Shown here: piece by piece, positions 12,885 to 24,030 of the stretch
Layout: each line of letters starts with the position of its first letter
How positions within the stretch are numbered: the stretch's first letter is position 1
Source: Octopus sinensis
Taxonomy: Eukaryota
NCBI RefSeq assembly: GCF_006345805.1
Contig: NW_021833719.1
Location: forward strand, 1-55,278
Length of the DNA: 55,278 bases
Direction of reading: 5' to 3'
The notes under the pieces: model-generated
What the model was told of the DNA's origin: nothing
The model's input: the letters and a program-made list of their open reading frames with translations, nothing else
The model's database searches: none
Translations under genes and position numbers: made by a program

Positions 12885-13278
12885 TCTTTATATATAAGAG
12901 TGAAGTTGTGTGTCTGTCTCCTACGATTTAGATTCCTAACTACTCCCACATTTTGCGGTGCAGTGTAACCAAAACGGGTATCTTATAGTCGTGAGTCATA
13001 TCGAGCCCTTCTGGGTATTAGCGCGCGCGTCTACGATGAGTCTACGATTTAAAAAAAATTTACCATCATATTTTTCCATTTTAATGCATTTTTTCGCTAT
13101 TATATAAGGGAAGTAACTCTCTAAAAATATCTACGATGTGTCAACGATTTAAAAAGAAATTTACCTTATTTTTTTCCATTTTTAATGCATTTTTTTCCTA
13201 TTTTTTGGCTATAACTCTCTAAAAATGCTTATATAGTTTTTCCCTTACAAACCGAGCAACGCCGGGCGATACTGTTAG
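12885..13278 (+). mobile_element. Non-autonomous Helitron (H2a)
   Basis: A|TC start; subterminal CCGAGCAACGCCGGG hairpin; 3' TTAG (CTAG in the other copies); homologous to 14884-15276. Confidence 0.75.
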
Positions 13279-13520
13279 TCTTATTATAAAAGGCAGATTT
13301 TATCTGCCTCCCTTTGTAAGTTATAGAAATCTACAATATAGGATTTCTTCAATTACAATTTACCTAGCATTTTTAAGAGTAGAATGCATCGGGTCATGCC
13401 AGGTCCAGTTTTTTAAAATTTAAACTCCAATTAAGCAAAATTTACAGAAAACTCACTTCTGGTGTGTATGTCAAATGCTTTTCTTAGTCTGGTTTACAGC
13501 ACCCGCAAACGCACACACAC
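13279..13520 (+). mobile_element. Helitron-like 5' part (H1b), directly abutting the H2a 3' end
   Basis: ...GATACTGTTAG|TCTTATTATAAAAGGCAG; copy of 11811-12065. Confidence 0.6.
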
Positions 13521-13780
13521 AGTGTGCAACGATAAAATGAAACTATTCACTGTGAGTGGTGTTACAGGTAGACAAAAGAATGCGATGGCGATGGGGATGG
13601 CGATGTTTAATATTTGTTTCTGTCTATCACGCTGATAGATACATGAGTAAAATGTATGGCAAGCTAAGAGATAAGAGTGAGTGAAAATGTTCTTGGAAGA
13701 GAGTAAATAGCGAGAGTGATTTGAGGAAGACTTTACATTAAATAACCGTAGTGGCTTGTATATATAATATTTACATACAT

Positions 13781-14036
13781 AAGACAGTAAGGTGTGATTT
13801 GAGGGAGATTTGGCTGCTATTTCTACCATGTCTAGCTGCCATGTAGGGGTCTCCTCATAGCTCATACATACATATATACATAGATAAGACAGTAAGGTGT
13901 GATTTGGGGGAATTTGGCTGCTATTTCTACCAGTCTAGCTACCACGTAGAGGTCCCCCTCATTGCTCATATATATATACATACTAAGACAGTAAGGTGTG
14001 ATTTGAGGGAGATTTGGCTGCTGTTTCTACCAGGTC
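13781..14036. repeat. Tandem repeat, about 100-105-bp unit x2.5
   Basis: AAGACAGTAAGGTGTGATTTGAGGGAGATTTGGCTGCTATTTCTACC starts at 13781, 13886 and 13985. The inverse motif occurs singly near 21870, 46315, 50890 and 54870. Confidence 0.85.
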
Positions 14037-14134
14037 TGTTAGGCCTTCTCATGTAAACTCAAGCTTTCTCATGCCTTGAACATAAGACCAAAGCAGAGAA
14101 TGTATTCTTGTATTCTTCTGCTTTTTCCAGCCAT

Positions 14135-14310
14135 TGGTCTGTGGCCATGCTGGGGCAATGCCTTGAAGAATTGTAGTTTAATGAATCAACTCCAGTTTTA
14201 TTTTTGTAAGCATTGTACTTATTCTATCTGTTTCCTTTGTCAAACCACTAGGTGACAGGGATGTAACAAACCAACATTCGTTGTCAAGCAGTGGTGGAGG
14301 GCAATCACAA
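14135..14310 (-). mobile_element. Type B SINE tail fragment
   Basis: GTGGCCATGCTGGGGCA...TACTTATTCTATC...GTTGTCAAGCAGTGGTGG. Confidence 0.7.
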
Positions 14311-14370
14311 GCACAGACACACGCACACACACAGACATACATGCATACACATATCACACATACATACATA

Positions 14371-14403
<33 letters not shown>

Positions 14404-14422
14404 TATATGTGTGTAATATATA

Positions 14423-14719
14423 TTGCAGCGTGGAAGGTGTTGTAAGCCATTTAAAGAACCACAAACCGTTAGATTCACTTCAACATTTAAATTTAATTTG
14501 CCAAAATATTTTCCTCGCTTTGAGACCGCGACCTGTTCACTGACAAAAATATCGTGCTAACAGGTCGCGGTCTCAAGCGACGAAATATTTTGGCAAATTG
14601 AATTTAAATGTTGAAGTGAATCTAACGGTTTTTGTGTGTTTCTTAAATGGCTTATAAACACCTTCAACGCTGCAACTGTTTTCGTCCAGCACCACGATCT
14701 CAGATCAAGTCACTTGCTA
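14423..14719. mobile_element. Head-to-head inverted pair of a PLE-type terminal repeat (family 5)
   Basis: 14423-about 14537 is the reverse complement of 14559-14675. The right arm extends about 45 bp further (to CACTTGCTA), matching 17910-17955. HHR-like motif at 14497-14547 (-). Confidence 0.75.
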
Positions 14720-14762
14720 TCCAGACATCTCTGTAACTATATAATATTTATATATATATAAT

Positions 14763-14821
<59 letters not shown>

Positions 14822-14883
14822 TGGTAAAACAGTAAGATAACAAAAGAAAGAAAGAGACCTCAATATTATGTAAATAGAGGAAA

Positions 14884-15276
14884 TCTTTATATATAAAAGT
14901 GAGGTTGTGTGTCTGTCTCCTACGATTTAGATTCCTAACTACTCCCACATTTTGCGGTGCAGTTTAACCAAAACCGGGTATCTTATAGTCGTGATTCATA
15001 TCGAGACCGTCTGGGTATTAGCGCGCGTCTACGATGAGTCTACGATTTAAAAAAAATTTACCATCAATTTTTCCCATTTTTAATCCATTTTGACATATAT
15101 AAGGGAAGTAACTCTCTAAAATTTATTATTAAATCTCAGAACGTAAAAAGCTACAGTAACACCCCTCCCCCTTTGTGGTTAGCCATATTGAGATGGCTAT
15201 TATACTTTACATCTCTAAAAATGCTTATATAATTATTTCCCTTACAAATCCGAGCAACGCCGGGCGATACTGCTAG
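14884..15276 (+). mobile_element. Non-autonomous Helitron (H2b)
   Basis: A|TC...CCGAGCAACGCCGGGCGATACTGCTAG|T; no TSD. Confidence 0.82.
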
Positions 15277-15599
15277 TATATATATAAAGCCATGAACTAG
15301 AAACCTTTAAACAAGGATTACCCCGATTAATGACCGTCAAGCAATCTCAATATATGATGTAATATAAACAACAAAAACCACCAGGAACCAAGAAAAGTTC
15401 AGCAAGTCCAACGCTACAAAGATTTACCGCGCGCACACACACATTCACAATTTCAAACACGCACGCACACATACACACATACACACACGCACACACACAC
15501 ACGCACACATGCACACAAACACACACACACACGTGCAATAATCGTATCTCCCAATTCAATCAGTAATCAGCGAAATTGTTTTTATCTATTAATAATAGA

Positions 15600-15664
15600 A
15601 TCTACTTCGATTTGCGCGGGGACTAACGGAATCAGACCGCCGTATAAACCGAGGGACAACCGTA
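15600..15664. mobile_element. Possible Tigger/pogo-like terminal fragment
   Basis: ...GCCGTATAAACCGAGGGACAACCG|TA resembles Tigger TIRs; a similar stretch lies at about 22310-22381; no partner end seen. Confidence 0.3.
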
Positions 15665-17041
15665 TGTATGTATGCATACATGCATGCATGTATGTATGTA
15701 TGTATGCATGTATGTATGTATGTATGTATGTATGTATCCATGTATCCATGTATCCATGTATGTATGTGTTTGTGTCTAGAGCGAGCCCATAGCAATATCA
15801 TATCTTCTCCACTATTTCAGTATTACGTGTTAAAAGTGAAACAAAAACATTTCTCTATTTTATGTCAGATACTTTCACTTTAACAATAAAATAATAATAA
15901 CAATTGAATTATATGTACTAAGTAATAATTAAAATCAAACTAAAGTATAATATAATCGTAACATAACAAAAGTAAAAATAGCAATTGGTATAAAATTGCA
16001 TCAATGACTTGAACTTGAATAAGTGGTTTCACATGAATGGGAATAAATTAAATTAAATCAACTGCGTACTGTTTTTTGATTCGCCGTAAGGTTTGTTGTT
16101 ATTATTATTTCTGTTTAACTATTGTTATCACGTTTGTTGGTTCCTCGTAAGGGAAACGTTGTTGTGTTGCATTTTTTAAATAATTGTAAACTGTAACCCT
16201 CCCCCTTTGAGAGAAGGAGCTTTGGTTATTGTTTAAAAATTGAATTGTGTCCCTGTTTGGGGAAATTGACAATATTTTCCCCGTTTATACGGAAGCATTT
16301 TTGTTAGAATGCCTTCGATAGAAGAAAGTCCAAAAATGAATTTCGCTGCAGCTGTCGGCTGGCACGAATTCAGGAAATTAAAATGGAAGAAATACAAACC
16401 TATTTCAGATTGATCACCGACAAAGACGGTGAATTTAGGATAACACTGCCAAATGAAATAAAAAATTAAATTAAAGAAAAGACTATTGTCTATAAAGTAT
16501 ACAATGTAGAGAAAAAAAAAGATTTGAACACCTGGAGGAAAGCACCATCGAAAAGTGTCTTGGTGCGACTATGAAAGATATCTAACCAGAGGCGGTAAAT
16601 TCGCCACAATAGAAGCAAGGTTCGAGTCAACGGAGCGTGCAAGGGAGTACTCGACTCGAACCTTGCAAAGTGGAAATATTTTATTTTTACCTTTATATCT
16701 AGGACGTAGGACGTCCCGGGTAAAAATTTAAAATGTCCCCCCCCCAAAGTAGAGGTAGGCTGGATTATAGCCACACTTCTATACAAGAGGGAGGACAAGA
16801 TACAATTGATCGAAATTACAAGAGACGGGCCTACAATTCCAGTCTGTTATATATTTTGAGTATTGTTATCACTAGCGATATCCAGATATAACTTTGTATT
16901 TTGTATTTTATGCGTAGATGTATATATGTATATAGATGTACATGTAATATGTACACATATATATAATATATATACACATACATACATGCACTAGCACTAT
17001 GACCCGGCAACGACGGGTCATAATGCTAGTATATATATGCT

Positions 17042-17196
17042 AGAAGAGGATGTACAACAAGAAATGTTTTAGCTTGATGTTCGGTGAAAAGAGAGAGTCT
17101 GATGTTTCGAGCATAGCACCTCGTCGGAAAGGAGAAAGGGAAAAGTCCAAAGAAGGAAAGAAAAGTTTCCAACAGTACGTGTATAGTTCATTGCTA
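17042..17196 (-). mobile_element. HHR-bearing short element, inverted copy of 11615-11768
   Basis: Few differences by eye; HHR motif at 17098-17132. Confidence 0.75.
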
Positions 17197-17199
17197 TTA

Positions 17200-17248
<49 letters not shown>

Positions 17249-17254
17249 CTTCTA

Positions 17255-17430
17255 TCTTTTACTTATGTCCTTTGTGTCAGTCATTAAGACTGCGGCAATG
17301 CTGGTATCTCGTCTCGAAGAATTTAGTCGAAAAATCGACCCCGGTACCATTTTTTAAAGATATTTATTACATCGGACCCTTTTGGCCGAGGCCATAGTTT
17401 GCAGGGGCGTAAATATACCAACACCGGTGT
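17255..17430 (-). mobile_element. Type B SINE tail fragment
   Basis: GACTGCGGCAATGCTGG...TTTAGTCGAAAAATCGACCCCGGTAC...ACCAACACCGG. Confidence 0.65.
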
Positions 17431-17851
17431 GTGTCTGTGTGTGTATGAAAGAGTGGGCCCACTCTCTCATCTACGCTCTTGTAGCCCTCATGGTAAATTT
17501 ATATGCACTAACATATTGGGCTTTTAGACTATTTGTCTTTGCCATGTTTGCTTTCCTTTTCCTTCGTCCTTTTCTTTATATATTGTATGCTCTTGTTTTT
17601 CACTCTCATGAAGATCTTTTGCCTTAACTCGAATGCCCTATGAAGACGAAGAATTTTATTCTCAAATTTATGTATAGATGGCATTCTGGTAATCTGATTA
17701 GAAACAGCTGTAAGATTTGTTTTGTCATGTATATATATATTAGAAGGTTTGGAGATGATGTACAGGTATTTTATATTAGAAGAAATGAGGTACTCAGAAA
17801 TTCGGATGGTTTTATATTTACAGATATATATTTATATATATTAATATTTAC

Positions 17852-17893
<42 letters not shown>

Positions 17894-17909
17894 CGGAGAT
17901 GTACTTCCA

Positions 17910-18093
17910 TAGCAAGTGACCTGATCTGAAATCGTGTGCTGGAACGAAAACAATTGCAGCGTGGAAGGTGTTTATAAGACATTTAAGAAACACACGAAAA
18001 CCGTTAGATTCACTTCAACATTTAAAATTAATTTGTCAAAATATTTTCGTCTCTTTGAGACTGCGACCTGTTCACTGACAAAACTTCGTGCTG

Positions 18094-18095
<2 letters not shown>
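17910..18095 (-). mobile_element. Family 5 terminal repeat with G3:C8 HHR-like motif (18032-18082)
   Basis: Minus strand TTTGTCA-GTGAACA-G-GTCGC...GAGAC-GAAA-ATAT-T-T-TGACAAA. Confidence 0.7.
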
Positions 18096-18182
<87 letters not shown>

Positions 18183-18184
<2 letters not shown>

Positions 18185-18615
18185 ACGCACAAAAAAATCA
18201 GCACAACTGTCAGATTTTCAAAGAGGTCGTATTGTTGGGCAACCTGGGGCTGGTCTTAGCCAGCGAAAAATTGCCGAAAACCCTCAAATTCCACTTGCTA
18301 CTGTTAATAGAATTATAATGCAATTCAAAAGCCAAGGAAAAGAATCAACAGATTTTAGTCCCTCGGAAAGGAAGCTTCGCTGTTTGAAGAGAATTGTGTA
18401 AAACGAACCCCGTTCGAAGGCTTCTGATATTGCAAAACAGCTACAAGTTAGTCCAAGAAAGTGTGTTACATATCTGCATAAGCTTGGGTATTATGGACGA
18501 ACAGCTAGAAGAAAACCTCTCCTTCAACCAATTAATATCATGAAAAGATAGAAATGGGCTAAGGGGATGTCAGAAAAATCCAGTTCATTTTGGGATAGAG
18601 TGATTTTCTCAGATG
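18183..18615 (+). pseudogene. Tc1-family transposase N-terminal fragment
   Basis: [11 protein letters not shown]...SQRKIA...TVNRII (HTH); LHKLGYYGRTARRKPLL; WDRVIFSD (first catalytic D), where it is cut by the CR1 element. Confidence 0.85.
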
Positions 18616-19784
18616 ATATGTCATAAGCTGCGAAACCTTGGTATTACTGGGAGACTGGGAGAGTGGCTGCGTGATTTTCTGAAGAGCAGGAGTCAGACAG
18701 TTGTAGCTAATGGTGCTCACTCTGAAGAGACACCGGTTCTCAGCGGAGTCCCACATGGAACTGTAGTAGGGCCACTACGATTTGTGGTGGGCCTATCAGA
18801 CATGCCCTCCGCGGTACAGTCAGCCAATCTGACCAGTTATGCTGGCGACACAAAAGTATCGCAGGCAGTTAGAAGCCCAGAGGACATCATAAAACTGCAG
18901 AAAGACTTGAACGAAATCTACAAATGGGCTAACAAGAATAACATGCAGCTCAATGCTGTGAAATTTCAGGAACTCCACTATCGGTCCAACACCAGGCTAA
19001 AATCGGAACACACTGGACCAGAAGGTAATACGATCCCAGAGTTGGAGTCGGTGTGTGACCTGGGGGTTCAGATGAGCAATGAGGCAACATTCTATGTGCA
19101 TATTGCCAAGATGGCAACACTGTGCAGTTGAGTGGCTGGCTGGATTCTGAGGACATTCAGACCCAGGAAAAGGTAGGACCTGCTACTACTATGGACGTCT
19201 TTCGTTCTCAACCGCTTGGACTTCTGCTCCCAACTATGGTCCCCAGAGACTGTGAAACAAATTGTGGAACTCGAAGCAATCCAGTGCCAATATGCAAAGA
19301 AGATTGCCTCGATGCAAAAGATTGGCTAATGGGAGAGGCTAAAGGAGCTGAGTCTCTATTCCCTGGAGAAAAGACGAGAGAGATATGCGGTGATATATAT
19401 TTGGAAGATCTTGGAGGGATTAGCTCCCAATTTTGGAATTGACAGCTATACCAATCTTCGAACTAGACGGCACTGCATCATACCAAAGATCCTGCCTTCC
19501 CCATCTAAAATAAGGACACCTTACAGTCAAAGTCTGGGTTTTAAATGCCCGCAATTGTTCAAAATCCTACATGGTGTTGGTGTGCATGTTTTCAAGGAAT
19601 GCCTGGACAGGTTTCTGTCTGAGATAACAAATGAACCCACATCATTGCAGGAGTGGTAAAGAAGAGCCGCTCCGTCCAACTGACCCCTTCACAAAACCAA
19701 TACCGGAAACAACACTGAGTGAGTACAGGTGGTGCTCCAGCATGACCTCAGTCCGGTGCTGAAACCAGTAAAAGATAAAAGATA
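18613..19784 (+). mobile_element. CR1-group LINE, 5'-truncated, RT C-terminal half plus 3' UTR
   Basis: WLRDFLKSRSQTVVANG; SGVPHGTVVGPL; YAGDTK (YADDT); LQKDL..IYKW..NNMQLN..KF; DLGV; WILRTFR; WERLKELSLYSLEKRRER; IWKILEGLAPN; FKECLDRFL. Tail (AAAGAT)n. Confidence 0.9.
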
Positions 19785-19925
19785 TGTTTGCATGTCCTTC
19801 TTTCCTTCTTTCCTGAGCGTCCAATAATACTTTATTTGTTCCACGTCCTCGCGTTGTGTTTTTTTTTGTGCTTTCTTGTTTGGATTAACTATATATATAT
19901 ATAGTTAATCCAAACAAGAAGCACA

Positions 19926-19927
<2 letters not shown>
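19785..19927 (+). mobile_element. Family 3 element 3' part followed by a tail-to-tail inverted copy of its terminus
   Basis: CCTGAGCGTCCAATAATAC...CTTGTTTGGATTAAC-(TA)n-GTTAATCCAAACAAGAAGCACA. Confidence 0.7.
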
Positions 19928-20375
<448 letters not shown>

Positions 20376-20427
20376 GCGGACGCACCACACACGAATGAAT
20401 GAATGTATGTATGTTTGTAGGAATGTA

Positions 20428-20830
20428 CAGGCGTAGCGTTTTTTAAGTAGCTTGTTTACCAACCACATGGTTCCGGGTTCAGTCCCACTGCGTGGTACCT
20501 TGAGGACGTGTCTTCTATAGCCTCGGGCCGATCAAAGACTTGTGAGTGGATTTGGTAGACGGAAACTGAAAGAAGCCTGTTGTATATATATATATATATA
20601 TGTGTGTGGTGTGTGTGTGTGTGTGTGTCCTAACACCACTTGACAGCCGGTGTTGGTCTGTTTACTTTCCCGTAAATTAGCAGTTCAACAAAACAGATCA
20701 GAAGAATAAGTGCTAGGCTTTAAAAAATAACACGACGTCCCAAGGGGTCGGTTCGTTCGACTAGAATACTTCAAGAGAGTGCCCCAGTATGGCCGCAGTC
20801 GAATGAATGAAACAAGCGAAAGGAGAGAAA
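20428..20830 (+). mobile_element. CORE-type tRNA SINE (type B), full length: head, CORE-like domain, internal microsatellite, tail
   Basis: GGTTCCGGGTTCAGTCCCACTG (B-box-like); GCCTCGGG...GTGAGTGGATTTGGTAGACGGAAACTGAAAGAAGCC; tail GTGCCCCAGTATGGCCGCAGTC...TGAAACAAG. Resembles the octopus OR2 CORE-SINE from memory only. Confidence 0.8.
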
Positions 20831-20989
20831 GATACAACAGAGCTGTGTGCATTTGTGAAGGTATGAGAATGCACACACGCAATGACCTACTTTCGCTGTT
20901 CTCTCTCTCTCACACACACGCAATGACACAGTTACACGTTCAGTATGCCTCACATGACTGTTACATAGAGATCGATATATCCGTGTATT

Positions 20990-21021
20990 GGTTGGTGTCA
21001 CATCCGAATGCGTGCGCGCGC

Positions 21022-21066
<45 letters not shown>

Positions 21067-21645
21067 ACACACACACACGCACACACTCATATACGCACAC
21101 ACAGACACGACAGTTGAATACCCCTGCTCGAACACATTTATTCTCTGCTATACTAACCTATGTATCACACTCACACACACACACGCACATACTCATACTT
21201 ATACACACACACACACACTGACACACACCTACTCAGATTTACATGTGCGCTCATTCTCAAACGCAACTAGATATATACACACACACACACACACACACAT
21301 ATGCACACACGCACATTCATACAGATATGCACACAGCCTTACACACACACACGCTCACACATACACTTCTGTAATCACATCTATACGTAGGTACTCACAC
21401 ACTCACACACGCGCGCAAACTTACACAGAGGTAGATTATTACACAGACACACACACGCACACACAGTTAAACAGTACACGAAGTCACTAATACATATGCG
21501 CACATAATTACTAACACGCGCACACACACAATGCTACGAACACATTCACACACACACACAAACACACACACACACACACACGCGCGGCTACTAACGCGCG
21601 AGCACACACAATGCTACGAACACACACGCACACACACACACAAGA
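20990..21645. repeat. Degenerate (CA)n-rich tract
   Basis: Direct reading; His/Thr ORFs are artefacts. Confidence 0.85.
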
Positions 21646-22671
21646 GGCTACTATTCTACAACTAGGTTACAATTATATAATTTTGCTTCCGTGTTGGCTG
21701 CTGTAAACTCGACGATTGCAGGTTCGAGCGGCAGGGACGGTCGTTCAGCCATTCGAAACTACCGAGTAGGAAATGTGGTGAGTAGGAAATGAAGTAGTGA
21801 ATGTACCTGTAATATACTTGGGTCGAGAATCGCTTATAACGGTGGAGCCTCTATGTGGTAACACGGCCTGCTAGAAATAATAACAAAAGCACCTGTCAAA
21901 CTACATCTTCTCGTCTTAAAAATATTGACGGGCGCAGCGGATAATGTACTCTCAGGTAAACAATGCCTAGAACTGAAAGAAAGAAAAAAGACGGTATGCA
22001 CACGGCTGGACGCTGTGTGATCATAGGCATGCTCATTCGGAGACACCTTGGGTTAAAGAACGACTGCTGTAGCTTAGCTGATATATGTATTTAGTCAGGA
22101 AACGAAACACACGCACGCACACACAAAGTACTACCTATGACATACACACACGCACACACAGAATGCATACAGTATTCACAATGTATTATACATCACCCCC
22201 ACCCCTTCACACAGCATCTGGAACCCATTTACGGCCGAATGGACTGGAATAATCTAAAATGAAATATTTTGCGCAAGAACCTAATGCACCACTCGCCGTC
22301 GTGTTTTCTACTTCGCGGATTTTCACTTACCGCGGTGCTTTTGGAACGTAACAACCGCGATAGTCGAGGGATTGCTGTGTTTGCCTTTCTTTCCAGTCTT
22401 CTTTCCTCTCCTGTAAATGTCAGTTGAGGAATTGACGTATTTTGGTCTCAGTTTAAAAGAACATTTTTTTTAAAAAAAACAAAACCCTTTTAACTATTTT
22501 TATTAAGTTTACCTTTTTAAAAGAAGGTCTTCGGATTTTTGCTTGAAAAAAAATTAAAATCTGTAAAATATATTTTTTTAAATTTGAAACTTATTAAATA
22601 TTTTCAATTGCTTTCCTTCTTTCTTTCTTTTCTTCTTTCTTTCTCAATGTCTGAATTATTGGGCTGCGAAT

Positions 22672-22765
22672 TAATCAACACAAGTACTTATCTTTTGCCG
22701 AGCCGCTAAGTTACGAGGATGCAGACGCTCCAACACCGGTGGCGGTTGTGAGGTGGGGGGGGGGG
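22672..22765 (-). mobile_element. Type B SINE tail fragment
   Basis: TTTTGCCGAGCCGCTAAGTTACG...CCAACACCGG. Confidence 0.6.
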
Positions 22766-22951
22766 CAAATACAGACAGAAATACATACACACACACATAA
22801 ATATATATACATACATACTCACACACACACACACATATGTATATATATATATAGATTCGGTTGAATATGGTACTTAAGTTAAAGGCACCAGAATTTAGTA
22901 TGGTATTATCCATATAAATCAAATGGGGTGATTATAATCAAAATAAGCAAC

Positions 22952-23560
22952 AAGGCGCAGGAGTGGCTGAGTGGTAAGTAGCTTGCTAACCAACCACATG
23001 GTTCCGGGTTCAGTCCCACTGCGTGGCATCTTGGGCAAGTGTCTTCTGCTATAACCCCGGGCAGACCAATGCCTTGTGAGTGGATTTGGTAGACGGAAAC
23101 TGAAAGAAGCCCGTCGTATATATGTATATATATAATATATATATATATATTAATTTTAATCCAAACGGGAAAACAAAAAAAACAACAACAATGGAACAAT
23201 TACAGTATTATATTAATAGGCGCTCAGGAAATGGAGCAGGGAGGTATGACGTTTCGAGCGGAGCTCTTCGTCGGAAACATAAAGAAGGAAGAGAGAGGAA
23301 AGAAAGATCCCAAAGCGGGCAACAGGGATAGAGATATATATATGCGTGTGTGTGTTTGTGTGTCTGTGTTTGTCCCCCCTAGCATTGCCTGACAACCGAT
23401 GCTGGTGTGTTTACGTCCCCGTCACTTAGCGGTTCGGCATAAGAGACCGATAGATTAAGTACTGGGCTTACAAAAGTTCCGGGGTCGATTTCCTCGACTA
23501 AATGCGGTGCTCCAGCATGGCCACAGTCAAATGACTGAAACAAGTAAAAGAGTAAGAGTA
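22952..23560 (+). mobile_element. Type B SINE interrupted in its internal microsatellite by an HHR element
   Basis: Head and CORE 22952-23116; insertion about 23155-23335; tail 23345-23560. Confidence 0.85.
23155..23335 (-). mobile_element. Family 3 HHR-bearing element
   Basis: HHR 23244-23279 (-): GTTT-CCGACGA-A-GAGC-TCC-GCTC-GAAA-CG-T-C-ATAC. Confidence 0.75.
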
Positions 23561-23625
23561 TCTCAGGATATACCTCTGGATATCCTTGTTGCTTATTTTG
23601 ATTATATATATATATATATATATAA

Positions 23626-23791
23626 TACGATGGACATCTTTCAGTTTCCGTCTATCAAATCCAGTCACAAGGATTCGGTCGGCCCGAGGCTATAGTAAAA
23701 ACACTTTCCCGAGGTGTCACGCAGTTGGGACTGAACCCAGTACCATGTGGTTGGGAAGCAAACTTCTTACCACACAGCCACGCCTGCGCCT
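23626..23791 (-). mobile_element. Type B SINE head plus CORE
   Basis: Reverse complement of 22952-23116. Confidence 0.8.
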
Positions 23792-23884
23792 ATGTTAGAA
23801 ATTGTTATTAAACTCACTTTGCTTTCATCATTTTAAAAGCTAATACAACAATTAGCTGCGTTCTTTATCCCTACACTTTAAAAG

Positions 23885-24030
23885 CGTTGGGTCTTCGATT
23901 ATAAGGTCTCGGGTTCGATTCGCGGACCGAGTGACAGATTGTGTCCTCTAGCAAGGGGCATCCTTTTACGCTGTTCCAGTCTACTTGGTTGAAAACAAGT
24001 AGCAGCCAAGAGTTGCTTCAACCTCCTCTC
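23885..24030 (+). mobile_element. Degenerate tRNA-derived SINE (different family)
   Basis: CTCGGGTTCGATTCGC B-box followed by TTGTGTCCTCTAGCAAGG. Confidence 0.45.
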
